Shown piece by piece: positions 1 to 13,713 of a DNA stretch of 64,000 bases. This stretch comes from Flaccisagitta enflata (lineage: Eukaryota), in assembly GCA_965153355.1 (NCBI GenBank), contig OZ231126.1, positions 3,224,001-3,288,000 of the forward strand. Direction: 5' to 3'. A program made the position numbers and the translations under genes. Within the stretch, counting starts at the first letter, position 1. Each line of letters starts with the position of its first letter. Under the pieces are notes generated by a model, which worked only from the letters and a program-made list of their open reading frames with translations, was not told where the DNA came from and made no database searches.

Positions 1-92
1 GTGTGTTTGTAAGTGTGTGTGTTTGTGTGTTTGTATGTGTGTGTGTTTGTTTGTGTGTGTGCGCGAGTGCGCGAAAGACATATATCATCGAC

Positions 93-3000
93 CTTTATTT
101 GATTTTGCGCTTTGACGTCTTCGATGGTTATTGCAAACTGAGGAGCCAGCTGCGGAAGTTCTCGGGTGTTTTTTCTGCCTGGACAAAAAACGCCAGGCGG
201 TGTCTGGAACACACTGCCATGTGAGAAGAACGAGAAAACCGTGCAGATAATTACAGGGTGTGCAAAACAAAAATCGGAATGTCGAGAGAATAAGCGCACT
301 TCCACTTGAAATTCTAGTTGATCTAGTGACATAAGATTTCACTTTCGCAGTCCAGTATTTTCTCAGTTCAAATCTTTACTGGTCCAAATGCAAGAATGCT
401 TTTATTCCTGTTCACTTTTACCATATTTTCTATTTTTTCACACCCTGTTATTCACTTTGTCAACGCATAAGCTCATGGCTCCACACCCAGTACATTTTTC
501 TAGATGAAAAACCATGTCTCGTTTTTAAAACAACATTATTCTTAATCAGGTGAAATCGAGAATGAAAAGAAACATATGCAAATTATAGAGAGGTTATGTT
601 CAATATGGATAGAGATGGAGGAATAGACTGATTTATCAGTAAATACCATACCTTGGATCACCTGATAATCCGGGCTCCCATTTGACATACTCATAGACGT
701 GAGAAAAGTACTCCACTCCACCTGGTAGCAGATATTCCCATCAAACGAGGTAATAGTTGATTGAAAAAAGGAGGGTACATTGGAGCGGCATTCTAGAATT
801 GGATGATCTTTTAAAACTTTCCGTCGCCGAGAATCAGATTAAATTCATGGAACTATGCCGGGTGGTTCAAAAAAAGTTTTTTTTAAACTTGGTCGCAATA
901 TGGCTCCAATCACCAAAATTTGTGACTGGCTCATTATGGAAGAAGGAACGGACAGACAAAAATCAGCAAACAAAAACAAGGCCGGACACTCGGCACCCAA
1001 ATCGTGGATGGCTGGGCAGGGGCAGTAATGCAGAAACCGCTCGCTATTCAAAAATGTGACGTGACGTGATGTGACCTATGACCTACCAACCGACACAGCA
1101 AGTTCTGGAGTAGTGTTAAAAAACACGAAATTTTAAGACATTTTAAGAACATAATATCTGTACCTGTGTAATTGACCTTTTCGCCATACCACTTGGCGGC
1201 AATAGGTATTTGTGACTTTCCTGTGGGAGATGTCCATCGATCCTTGTTGTCAAAATACCACAGAATAGTGACCATATTTATGCCCATGTCTGGAATAGGG
1301 CCGGAAAACTTCCAAAGATGACAAGGAATGCCGCGAGCCTCGTCCTCGCCTACGTATGTCTCGTTCAAGCTCCCTCCAAATCTGTTAAAGCAATTGGATG
1401 TACCGCCTCGAGCGTACCCGCTTTTTAAGGCGAAATCGCCTCTTAGGAATAACACCTAAAATCCACTTCAATACCAATAAAGGCAGCTAATCGCCGTAGG
1501 AAAAAAGTCGTAAATGCTGAGAGAGAGAGAGAGAGAGAGAGAATGAATGAGAGAGAGAGATAAAGAGAGGGACAGATGGATGGACAGACAGACAGATAGA
1601 TGGATGGACAGACAGACGGAAGGACAGACAGACAGATGGACAGACGGACAGAGAATGACACAGAGAGAGAACGCTTGTTTTTCCACTTGAAAGAACGCTT
1701 GTTTTTCCACTTGAAAGTACGCTTATTTTTCCACTTTTTCACCATGAATAGACTGATGGACCAACAGACCAACAGATGGTCTGATGGATAGAAGAGTGAG
1801 AGACTTTGCTGCTAGCATGTACAATCATCATCTGGGACAATTTGAAGTTCAAATAGACTTCAATATTGAACTTAATTCCTTATTTTTGGGAAAAATGCGA
1901 AATATACAAAAAAATAGAAAAAAATTCAGAAAATCATAGCTCTGAAACTATAGATCGCACAGAATTCTGTTGGCGTCATCTGAAAGAGGAGATTAGCTCT
2001 TTCTTAACCATTAATTTCATGCATAGTCTCATTTGGCCCCAGAAATTGATCAACTTTCTCAAACCACTAATGAGAAAAAGAGAAAATCAATTTCCGCCGA
2101 AGGACTCAAAAAGCCGAAGGTATTCTTCGTCTTTTTTCCAAAAAATTTTCGTTCTGCGGACACGCATCTCTATTTATAGGAGTTTTGTCCGTCCGTCCGT
2201 CGAAGTCAAATACACTCTTTTTTTTTGAGTAAGGACAAAGTTTATAAGGACGTGAGGCTGAAATTCTGCCAAAAATTAAGGACATTTTGAGGACAAAGCT
2301 CAGCCTCAAATTTGAAAAAAAAATTTTTTTGATTCATAATTTGAATTGTTCTTACATAAATTCTTAGAAAAAATAACCTTATCAAACAAGAAACTATATA
2401 TTACATAACTATATAAAACCATATTGCTATTAATAGCAGTTACTGTCATATCTAACTTCTACCAATAAAGGCGGCTCTCGCCGTAGGAAAAAAGTCGTAA
2501 GTGCGAGGTTTTGGAATTTTTTTTTATGATATGTTTTGTACGGTTGTTTTTGCCTTTTTTTTCTTCTCTAGGCATCTTTGGTTTGTTCCACTCTCTACAT
2601 GTGTTTCTCTGTTTGAGACAGAGGCATCCAACCCCCATCCACACCCCTACCCAAACCCCCGCACACAAGCATCTAGAATGCTTGTTTTTCCACTTTTCCA
2701 ATTGGATGGACAGACGGACCAACAGACCGATGGATGGACTGACAGACAAAACCTCTCATAGAGTCCAGAGTTGAAATGAGAGAGAAACTGTGCTGCCAAG
2801 GTTCACAATCATCACCTGGGACATTTCAAAGTTCAAATAGACTTCAATTAACTCGATTCCTTGTTTTGGGGAAAAATGCAAAAAATGCGAAAAAAATATA
2901 AAAAGATGTTAAAAATCATAGCTCAAAACTATGATCAAGAATTCTTGGCGTCATCTGAAAGAGGAGAATTAGTTCTTTCTTAGCTATTAATTTCATGCGT

Positions 3001-6000
3001 AGTCCTGTTCTGCCCCCAAAATGTATCAACTTCCCCAAAGGACTCATAAGACAAAGAGAAATCCGTTTTTTTCTGCAGGACTCAAAAAGACCGAAGGGAC
3101 TTCGTCTCTTCGACTTTTTTCCAAATTACCTTATACCGTGCATTAATCATGTTAATGCATGAAATATTATCATAAGAAAATCATAGAAAAATATTAAGGA
3201 CATGCTAAAAACATTTCAGGCTGGAATTTGCAAAAATTTAACAACTCCCCAGCCTCAGCAAAAAATTACTGGTCCTTATATAAAAAAAAGTGTATTGTAA
3301 TAACGAACACTTTAGATAATTTGTATATGTGTGTAGAGGGGTGGGGATTGGGTATGAATGATGGTTGGACGCTCATGCCCACCCGCCCACCTGGATTTTG
3401 TTACCACGCGTCAGGTTTTGATACTTCACATGGCAAAACTTAGAAGTATCCCTCTACCCTTCTAACATAATGTCGAGGAGCAAAAATCATAGAGAATGAG
3501 CGGTTTCCTTTTTTGGGCAGCAGCCCTGGAGAGGTTGCTGACCTATGATTCCTGACAGGGCAATTTTGCTGATGAGCTTTCTTTGTCCACCACCCTTAAG
3601 CATTAAATCAGTCTCCTCAGACCCCAAATCTAGCCTCTCAAAGACTCAAACCTCAAATCAGGCCTCTCAGACCCTAGATCAGGCCTCTCAGAACCTAAAT
3701 TGGTCCTCTCAGACCCAGAATCAGTCCTCTCAGTCACAAACCCCAAATTGGGCCTCCAATTTAAATCAGTATCCTCAGACCCCAAATCAGGCCTCCCAGA
3801 CCTCAAATCAGGCCTCTCAGACCCCAAATCAGGCCTATCAGGCAGTATCAGGCCCCATGTCAGACTTCTCAAACCCCAAATAAAACCTCACAGATCCTTA
3901 ATTAAACCTCATACACAGGCCTGAATTTAGAGCGTTCCCGTGTGCCTGATGCACTCTGTTTTGCTGTCGGGCACGCTGGTTTTACTAATGGCCTGCCCGG
4001 CTGGACTAACAAATTTTTAAAAGAATTACAATTTTTCATTTCTTTATGTAGAGATCAATCATCGATTTTTGATAAAGTTTATAGATTTGTTCAATCATAA
4101 TTCAAGCATACATTCATTTTGCCAGTTATCAATCCATTCATGCATTCATTCATTCATTCATACATTCCTTTACATTCCTTTTGGGCAGCAGCCCCAAAGC
4201 TGACAAAGCCCTATAAAACACAGGACTTTTTTTTGTTCATCCATCCATCCATCTGTCTGTTCGTTCATTCATCCCCCCCTTCATCAGGCCCCTCAGGTCT
4301 CAAATCCAGCCTGTCAGGCCTCAAATCCAGCCTCTCATGCCACAAATCTGGCCTCTCAGACCAAAAATTTGGCCTCTCAGGCCTCAAATCCAAATTCTCA
4401 GGCCACAAACCTGGCCTCAAGCCTCAAATTTTGCCTCTCAGGCCTCAAATCGGCCATCTAAACCTCAATTTACTGCTCTCAGGCTTCAAATCAGTCCTCT
4501 GGCCTTTCAAGCCTTAATTCAGCTCTCTCGAGCTTTCAATAGGCATTCTCAGACGTTACATCAGCTTTCTTAGACCTCATTTTAGGCTCTTGAATGCCTT
4601 CAGTCAGCCCTATATAGCATCGCACTCACCTCTTCAGGTAGGATGAACAAAAGTCCCCCTGTGTTCTACAGGACTTTGTTCCCTTTGGGGCCGCTGCCCC
4701 TAACTCAAATTTACAATCACTCAAAGCAGAGCAACGGGTATCGCTAACCACATATTGCCCTTGGGCGACCTGTTTCTCCCTATTCTACAGGATGTATGAT
4801 ATTAAAATGAAGTTGCATCTCTGAAAACATTTATCTAAAAGGAAAACTCAATGTCCAGAGTTAATTGTTGATAGATCAAATTTCCATTTTCACATTCATT
4901 TATTTCTCCATTTGTTTGTTTATTTGTTTTGTCATTTATTTATCAAGGGTAATTCTGAATTAATGGGAATGTTTTGATCAATCATTATGGGCTTTCGGGA
5001 AAAAAACTAGCATCATCTTTCATCACTTTTTAGTTGCGGACACGCAACTCTATAAGAGGCTTTGTCCGTCTGTCCGTTGGTCGGTCGGTCGGTTGGTCGT
5101 GGTGATCGAGTTGAGAATGATGAAAAACGCGCATTTACCTACCCTGCACGGTCCGCAACTGATGGCCGTGTATCCGGCCTTGTTTGTTGATTCTTTACTA
5201 AATATTAACACAAATGCTGGGGGTTCACTATTAGGGTGGTCACGAAATAGAGTCGAATTTAAAAAAATGATATACTCTAGTTTTGCATAAATGTACCAAA
5301 TAGAAGAGGTTTTCCCACAAGTAGAAGTCTGAATTTGAAGATTAAACCATGGCGGCAAAACTATAGGCTTCCTATGGCAATAAAAAAAATCCCCATAGCA
5401 ACGCATGGTTTTTGCCCAACAAAAATTTCTTATTTGATTATTTTTTAAGCTTGTGAAAATCCTTCTGTGGACATTTGTGCAAAGGAGGCTCAAGTATAAT
5501 AATATATGAGGTGACCCAAAACTGGACCCTATTCCTGTTGCAATGTATTGTTTGTATGATGGAGTCTAAAGTAAATTTAGAAATAAGGTGGAAAACAGGG
5601 CACGCCTATTTTCTGCCAGGCACACTAAAGTTGTGAGGAGCGTGCCCGGCGTGCATGCTCAACAAAATAATTACATTTAGGCCTACTTTTACACCCCAGA
5701 TCAGGCCTCTCAGACCCTAAAGCAAGCCTTTAGGACCCCAAATAAGGCCTCAAATTAAGCCTATCAGTCCCCATATCGGCTACTTAGGCCCTAAAATCAG
5801 GTCTCCTAACCTCAAACCATACTCATAAGCTCCAAATACACATTCAAAAACCCAAAACAAAGTTGCCCTGTGTGGAATCATAAGTCATCAGCTCCTTCAG
5901 GACTGCTACCCCATTATATTACCTCAATACCACAATATCTAATGATATCAATAAGGCATCGAGAACCGCTGACCATAATGACGCTTGTGCGGCCTGTTAA

Positions 6001-9000
6001 AAATTCTTTTCTTAAGATATCAGAGTATAAACTTTAAAAGAGCTTACTTAAAAAACAGATTAGGAATTCTATGAAGTTCGTACTCGCTTTTTATTTATAT
6101 CACTGCATCATGCTAATTCGGTCCTATAGATCTTTTTTTTAAAACAGAATAACAACAACTTTTAATAAAAGAAAAATGATAAGGGTCCTAAAATCAACAT
6201 TTGGTAAAAACAGTGAGCTAAAAGAAGCACCCAAGCGGCACGTATTTCTGTTCTTCTTTATCCTTTGGAATATGAGAGAGAGAAACTAGAAAAGGGTACA
6301 AACCTTAATACTGCAGAGGGTGTCAGCATTACGCCATGGTTGCCAAATATTGAACCATCATTCTTCTCAGTCATGTTCACCTACCAGTAACAAAGAAGTA
6401 CGCGGTACTGATTACATAGCTGACTTACTTTTGACAGAAAGAAAGTGAAAATATGAGACCGAAAAAAGAGAATTAGCAAGAAGCAGAAGGACAGAAAATA
6501 AGAAAATAAGAAAAAAAAAAAGAAAAAAAGAAAAAAAGAAAAAAAGAAGCAAAAAGAGACATGGTCATATAGGTGATTCAGGCCGACAGCATGTGAGCGT
6601 TACGTTGAGGAGAATTCACTTTTTTCATGGGGGGACTGAAAGTAGGGCCTGTACTTTTTTGTTTTGATTTAAAAAGTGTATTGTAAAAATTTCAGAGGTG
6701 TAAATGCCCTTAAACAATTGCCATATTGCACCTGAAAAATGGCTCATCCTTAAGGGAACCAAAACTTCAAAATAGTTTTTTTCTCAAATCTGAGGCCAGA
6801 GATTCAGATTCCTTGTAAAAAATTAAGTGAGATACCATATTTTCTTTTTTCAAAATTTTGTTTTTAAGCTGAAAAAATGCAAAAAACCTCCGAAAAACCT
6901 TAGTTTTTTAAAATGAGAGTTTTTTTTGTTTGAAGTTGCTCTTATCAATTTTAAGCAATGAAACGCACTTTACACAACAACAAGAGTTTTTCATGAGGAG
7001 TTCGATTCCGGCCTCAGTTGAGAGAAAAATGATTTTGAAATTTTGGTATCCTTAAGGCTGAGCGAATTCTCAAATACGATATGACAAAGCTGAGCGAATT
7101 CTCATATACGATATGACAATTGTTTAAAAACATTTACTTTGCTGCAATTTTTAGAATATATTACTTACATCAAATAAAAAAAATCTAGGCCCTCCTCTCA
7201 GTCCACGCATGAAAAAAAATGTTATCTCCTTAGCATAGTGAACGTTCCCGACCAACCGACGGACACGGCCTATGAATCTTGTACACGTCTCGAAAAAAAG
7301 AAAAAAAGATGGAAGGAAGGAAAGAAGGTAAGAAGGAAAGAAAGAACGAAAGTGACCAGAATAGAAAAAGTCAAGGAGAGAAACTAACCAAGAGACTTTT
7401 GTCAAAACACTCTTCTCTGCACTTAGCCTACCGTGACGCATAAATTGTCGATTAGCTCAAACAACTCTTTCGTTTTAAAGTCCATAATCTTAGCCACTTC
7501 CATGCCGTCAGACATTGATACAACCGACCCTAAAAAGTCATGACACGGCCCATAAATAGGCATAAATAGGCCGCTTTGTTAGCGGAAAGGTAGGTAGGTA
7601 GGTAGGTTATCCAGCAGTTAAACTAACTTAGGAAGAAACCCCCTCGAAAACTTCCGCATCACGTACTTCTTGCCCCATTACAGCTGGGCTCAATTTGGGC
7701 ATCCCAAAGAAAATTCATTTCCACGCACTTTTCACGTTCCACTGGCGTAATTAGAGCCCGGTCTAAATGGAAAATTGATTTGGACTTGATCTAGGCACTC
7801 CGTAATCAATGCTCTAGTTGCATAGAATTAATTGCTGCAGTGATGAGATAAATTTCTTCTACAGTAATTCTATACAACTATAGCATTGATTACGGAGCGC
7901 CTAGATCAAGTCCAAATTGATTTTCCGAGTAGATTGGGCTTTAGTTATACAAATCGAACATAAAAGTGCTTGGGAATCATTTTTAGTTGCGGACACGCCT
8001 TGTTCTTTTGAATGCCCACATTGTGCCCACTCTAATACAGAGTCACCTCCCGTTTAGTCCCTCTCCGACATATATTCAGCCCGCAAGGCTCCACCCGGGG
8101 TGCACCCCTATCATATCCCTGATCTGACCGGTGACCCGCGTCGTTTTGCTAAAGTTCGGTTGAGACAGCCATGAAGTCAATTAAATCATTTAACTCCCCG
8201 AGCCGTACCTTTTTGCTCATGTTCGTTGTACCATTCTTCGATTAGAACGGTTTTTTTGTTAAATAAATCATTAAACTCGACGATAGCGTGGAACTCCTGC
8301 GGCAGAGATGGACGCTCGGGCTGATGGGAGAAACTCGCGCCATCGACGGGACCAGCCGAAATTTCCCCGACGGTGGCGGAACTCTATGACATAGCGGTTG
8401 AGATAGATCAGAGTCTTGCACTTATTTCTGCATCCCAAAAATGGCATAATTTCTAGAACAAGAATCGATTACAAAATTGTTCACCGTCACACTTTACCAT
8501 ATATATATATCTATATAATCATGGAAATAAATTATTTCATTTGCTTGCATTGTGCTGTCCTAATTTTCACTTGCGGGACACGCAACACCATAAGAGGCTC
8601 TGTCCGTCCGTTGGTCCGTCCAATCATGAGCACAGGTTGAAAAGTGGAGAAACAAGCGTCTTAAATGCTCTGTATACATGTGTGTGTTGGGTGAAAGACC
8701 TGGGGTGTCGATTGGGGTAGGGTGCCCCTGCCCACCCATCCGCAACAATATTGTGAACCCGCGTCATTTGTTGACTTTTGATATCGCTACATGTTTCTTA
8801 CATGTGAATAAATATGATATTGCATCTAGCGAGGAAATGGATGACCCATTTTACCAATTGTGTCCCATCTAACTCCACCCTACCCTATCATCCAGAGTTG
8901 GCGACAATGCGGTGACGCCAACGATCAGTGACAGTGCTAAAACCGTGTAAAACGACGATGCGAAATTGCGAAGCTGGAGCAAATGTTTGTCCCCCATCAT

Positions 9001-9015
9001 TTCGCAGTTTTCCAT
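93..9015 (-). CDS. Mirror copy of exons 1-7 of the ependymin/LolA-like secreted protein gene; continues beyond the left edge
   Basis: Exons 9015-8884, 8383-8209, 7529-7432, 6380-6304, 1381-1164, 721-652 and 213-93 are reverse complements of the + strand exons at 28488-37470. May be an assembly duplicate. Confidence 0.8.
1472..3130. mobile_element. Two neighbouring copies (about 1472-2150 and 2461-3130) of a non-autonomous interspersed repeat containing GACA/GA microsatellite
   Basis: Both begin ccaataaaggc(a/g)gct..cgccgtaggaaaaaagtcgtaa, share an internal block, and end in ggactcaaaaag..ccgaagg..ttcgtc. A related terminus recurs at about 63328 and, inverted, at about 58455. Confidence 0.6.
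3509..5998. mobile_element. Nested stack of non-autonomous elements: a HINE-like element with ~21-bp internal repeats, interrupted by further insertions (mirror about 31503-33994)
   Basis: Outer element starts ttttgggcagcagccc (3509), carries aggcctctcagaccccaaatc repeats at 3610-3880 and 5695-5800, and ends gctgaccat...gcggcctgtt. It contains a second copy of the family (4179-4774), a family-A HINE (5026-5184) and a hAT-like MITE (about 5232-5530). Confidence 0.6.
6754..7051. mobile_element. MITE flanked by TTAA (Kolobok- or piggyBac-type target site)
   Basis: ttaa|gggaaccaaaacttcaaaat ... attttgaaattttggtatcc|ttaa: imperfect ~20-bp terminal inverted repeats (TIRs) with TTAA on both sides. 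Confidence 0.6.
7718..7976. mobile_element. Small fully palindromic MITE-like element
   Basis: atttggacttgatctaggcactccgtaatcaatgctctagttg pairs with caactatagcattgattacggagcgcctagatcaagtccaaat, and the pairing extends imperfectly outward. Confidence 0.6.
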
Positions 9016-9509
9016 TTATTTTATCCTCAATAAACGCGTTTTTAGACGCTAGCCAAGCGACCGAGCAAGAGGCTGTATCCCTGGGAAGATCGGAAAAGCG
9101 AAATTTGGGCCGAAATGAGCATTGCTGCCCCTGCCCTGCTATAGAAGTGCGGCCCTCGCAAACGTAAAACTGCCCACATCCAACGGCATCGCTGCCCCTG
9201 CCCACCCGCAAGCGACTACTCACTTAACGTGTGTACGGCCTTGGTTCTTAAAGACGAAGATGAAGGATAGACTCGTCGATGCAAACAGTTTCTGGCACAA
9301 CCTGTAGCCTCCTTATCGCCTTTTCTCCGCTCAGCCTCCTTCGAATTATATCTTAAGATAATCTTCGCACGAGCTGAACTGTAATTAGGCGCTTATCGCT
9401 AATTAAGCGCCATTCGCTTATCCTTGGCCTCACATAATCGAAATCAATGAGTTAAGACATTTTTTCAGCCTTAAGGACCTGCTTCTTTGTCGATAATCCG
9501 TTTCGGCTA

Positions 9510-10734
9510 AAGTTCGTTATAATGTACTGATTTAAGTTTACTATGTAATTGCCACCCCTCACCCCAGCATGGAGGGGTGGCCAAGAGATAGCCTGAAATC
9601 ATGGGGTGGCACTTGGGGTGGCCGGGGTGGCACTCAGGGTGGCATCTGGAATATAAAGATAGGTAAGTATAGGGATAGGAAAGTAAAGGGATGGTTAAGT
9701 ATAAGGATAAATAATAGATAAGTATAAGAAAAGGTAAGTATAAAGATAAGAAAGTATAGGGATAGGTCTGTATAGGGATAGGTAAGTATAGGGATAGGTA
9801 AGTATAGGGATAGGTAAGTATAGGGATGGGTAAGTATAGGGATAGATAAGTATAGGGATGGGTAAGTATAAGGATGGGTAAGTATAAGGATGGGTAAATA
9901 TAGGGATGGGTAAATATAAGAATAGATAAATATAGGGATGGGTAAATATAGGAATAGATAAATATAGGGATAGTTAAGTATAAGGATAGGTAAGTATAGG
10001 GATAGGTGAGTATCGGGATAAGTGAGTATAGGGATAGGTGGGTATAGGGATAGATGAGTTTAGGGATAAGTATGTATAGGGATAGGTTTGTAAAAGGATA
10101 GTTATGTATTAGGATAGGTTAGTGTTAAGTTTAGGGATAGGTAAGTATAAGGATAGTTAAAGGTAAATTAAGCATTAGGTATGTTCAATATAAGCTAAGT
10201 TTAGCATGAGGTAAGTTTTGAATAAGGTAAATTTAGTATATAGTAAATTGTAGCCACCTTATCGCAGGGGTGTATATAATTCCATAACCTTTGATTATTT
10301 TCCCCAACTGCACTTTGATTTTCTTCATGCCTTTGTCCGCGTCGCAGTTTACCAAATCAATGTTTTCTTCCTCATAAACCACTAAAACTGGGTATTTAAG
10401 GTTTAAATAGTGTTAAATTGTGTTTAACTTATCATGTTTATGATTTTTTTACGCCCAGTTATATTTTCCCAGTTTTTCTCTTTTCCTCCTTCTTTTTCCT
10501 TCCCTTTCTCCAAACCCTTTGATTATTTTCCCTCCCCCACCGGGGGGGGAATACGAAACAATATACAGGCCTGCCTTATCGTTAAAGCCACCCCGGCCAC
10601 CCTGAGGTAGGTTCAGGCTGGAGTGGCACTTGGAGTGGCTGGGGTGGCACTTAGAGTGGCCGGGGTGGCTTCGGCCACCTCGAGTGCCACCCAGACTACT
10701 TTCTAAATTTAAATCAGTACATTATAACGAACTT
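9510..10734. mobile_element. TIR element with internal 16-bp minisatellite (mirror 26766-27993)
   Basis: 25-bp TIR aagttcgttataatgtactgattta / taaatcagtacattataacgaactt; subterminal ggggtggc repeats; (agtatagggataggta)n array at about 9655-10160. Confidence 0.75.
10265..10573. mobile_element. hAT-like MITE nested in the previous element (mirror 26927-27230)
   Basis: 8-bp target-site duplication (TSD) CCTTATCG at 10257-10264 and 10574-10581; TIRs caggggtgtatat / atatacaggcctg. Confidence 0.8.
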
Positions 10735-11058
10735 GATCTAAAGTTTCTCTTGATGAGACCAACATCAGAGACATAGTGCATGCAAGGACTGAATTTCAAG
10801 ATGTTGAGAGTTGAATTCACCTTTCATTTTTAGTCGTGTGCACGCGACTCTACAACCGCTCTGTCCGTCTGTCTGTTGGTCCGTCCGTCGGTCACGCTTA
10901 GCTTTTTTTCACCGCCCCTGCCCACAAGCAAGCGACTAAGGTAGCCGTATATCCGGCCTTGTTTATCCAAATCCCTAAAATTACAAAGCCCCAAATATGT
11001 AAATTGCTGCATTCTGACGTGGTTTTTTTACTAGATTTTCATGATACAGAACAATATA

Positions 11059-13061
11059 CAGTACCGGAATCAAAGAACTGGTGATAAGGAGGGAAGCCAT
11101 ATCTTTCCAATTACAAGGATATGAGATCTGAAATTTTTCTGTAATTATGCCTATAGTACCCCCACCCCCCATAAGGGTTTGGAGCTGTTCCGGGCAATTT
11201 TTGTTTTTGGTTGTCAAAAAAATTTTTAAAAATTGTTGTATGTTCTAAAATTTATTTCAAAATTTTCTTTTATGTTAAATATAGAGTAATGCCGAACTAT
11301 AAATTTCATTTTTTGAAAAATATTTTCCGATAATTTTTAAGGGAACGACACTAAAAAAACAAAAATTTCAAAAAAATGAAAAATAGTTATAATTTCCTAA
11401 ATAATTGGCTTAACATGATAATTTTTGGCATAAGTAGTCCTGAGAACCTTCAATGTGTATACCAAAATTTCAACAGTGTCATGGAATTGAATTTTAAAGG
11501 AGTTATAGCATTTTGAAATTTTAATGATTTTTTATAAAAACCATTTTTTCCTATGAAATTTTTTTTTGTCAACCATTTTTCTTAAAATTTCATATACAAA
11601 CAAAGTAACAGATGAATTTTTGCTTCCAAAAAAAATTTGGCCATTGTGACCCCTTAAAAAAATTTTTCTCAAAAATTGCCAAAATGACCCCACATTTTCA
11701 AAGTTGAATAAAAACTTTTCCTGTCATCCGATCATCTTCATTTTTGGTAGTTGTTACCTATTATCTACCCTAACTTCACCTAAAATTTGAGCTCACTACG
11801 CCAAACGGTTGCGGAGATATTGACTTTCAAAATTACTTTGTCAGAGCAAAATCAGCAAAATTGACATTGTGGCCATTTTTGAGCTTGCATAGAATTTCAT
11901 TTTTTCTTCCAGAGACCTCCATTTTAGCTGAAGTTACTCGGGTTTAAGCATATATTCTATTCCAAAATTTCACACTTGTCAGCCAAGCCGTTTTAGGGAT
12001 ATGATGGTCCAAAGTTTTAAAAAATGCCAATTTTTCAATAAAATCTTCAGGAGAAAAATAAGCAAAAATTTTTCTCAAAATGGTTTTCAAAGGGGGGTTC
12101 AACACAATTGGGAATTATCTAATTCAACCAGATCCAAAACCCGGAGGACAACCTTTTTTTAAAAATTTTTTTGAAAAATTTTCCTTGCAATCTTTGTTGA
12201 AAAATTAGTGTTTTTTGAAATTTTGGACCATCATATCCCTAAAATAGCTTGGCTGACAAGTGCGAAATTTTGGAATATGAATATATGCTTAAACCTTAGT
12301 AACTTCAGCTAAAATGGAGGTCTCTAGAAGAAAAAATAGAATTTTATACAAACTCAAAAATGGCCAAAATGCCAATTTTGCTGATTTTGCTCTGACAAAG
12401 TAACTTTGAACGTCAATATCTCCTGGCAGAACAACGATAAATAAATTTTAGGTGAAGTTAGGAGTAGTAATAGGTAACAACTCCATAAATGAATGACTCG
12501 AATGGCAAGAACAGATTTATTCAACTGAAAAATGGGTCATTTAACAGTACGAGAAAACCATAAGGGTCTGATGGCAAATTTTTGAGCTGCAGTCATCAGT
12601 CTGATTTTAACTATGAGGTACAGAAAATGATTGACAAAAAATTTTATAGAGAAAAATGAATTTTACAAAAAATGTTAAAAATTTAAAATCATATATCACC
12701 AAAATTCAACTATGACCTGTTGAAACTGCATACACGTGAAGGTTCTCAGAGACTATAAATATAAAAATATTAAACCAGTATTTAAGTACATATTTCTGAG
12801 GCCACACAGTCTGCAAATGACGAAAAGCTCTTGGCATCACTATATCTAACATAAGACAATTTTGAAATAAAACCACACAACATACAATAGCAATTTTTAG
12901 AAAAAAATTTTTGACAGCCAAAAACAAAAAATGCCAACTCAAACCCACTTATGAGGAATGAAGGCCTCTCAAATTGCACACCACAGAAAAGAATTTCAGA
13001 TCCTTGTAATTGAAGAGATATGGCTTCCCTCCTTATCACCAGTTCTTTGATTCCGGTACTG
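11059..13061. mobile_element. ~2-kb fold-back (long-TIR) Tc1/mariner-type non-autonomous element (mirror 24322-26441)
   Basis: TA|cagtaccggaatcaaagaactggtgataaggaggg ... ccctccttatcaccagttctttgattccggtactg|TA. Self-complementarity continues inward for ~1 kb to a centre near 12100-12150. No transposase ORF. Confidence 0.85.
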
Positions 13062-13713
13062 TATACGTTTGATCACCGTCGGAGCTTGATACTGTCTCTG
13101 GCCAAGGAATCATCTAACCGGTATCTCTCTTGGTCTAACGGGTATCTCATTGACTAGTTTTCACTACCTTACCTCACTGCTACTCTAACCGTTAAAACAA
13201 AAACAAACAAAAAAAAAACGCCAAGGAGACGAAGAAAAATCAGTACTCATGTATTCGTTTTTGATGCAGCGTATAAAGATATAGAAACTTTAGTTTTCTA
13301 TAAATACAAGATATGGATCAAGAAGACACAATGTAAAGAATTCTTACTTTTCCCCTGCGGAAATCTGAAGGCTCAGCACAATTGAATGGAAAGCAAAGGG
13401 GAGGGGTAAGACTAGATGGAATGGGTGAAAGATTTTTCTTTAATGACATTGCAAAAAAGGGGCCCAAACATACTTGAAAATGTGGAATTAATCTACAAGT
13501 TTTTCCAGAATTAAAGATGTCAACCCCAATTTTCGAACCACAAACGTCCCCAGAAACTACCGGGCCCCTAGTCATAAAATCTGGCATGAATCAACGTCAT
13601 AGCCTGATATGTGTCAAACTTTTTGACCATTTTTTTTTTGGCCCACAGACTCCTGCGGAATTACACCCATAAGCTAGCACAACTCCGACCAAAGATAGAA
13701 ATTCAAATAAATA

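Noticed and set aside
3545-4573. SQT/SGLKS/PDLGSER repeat ORFs (similar ones at 55666-56050)
   Set aside because: Products of ~21-bp tandem units inside HINE-like elements; open in several frames and on both strands.
9655-10160. Regular repeat resembling a CRISPR array or telomeric tract
   Set aside because: Contiguous 16-bp units with no unique spacers, in a eukaryotic context; the unit is not a canonical telomere repeat and lies within TIRs.
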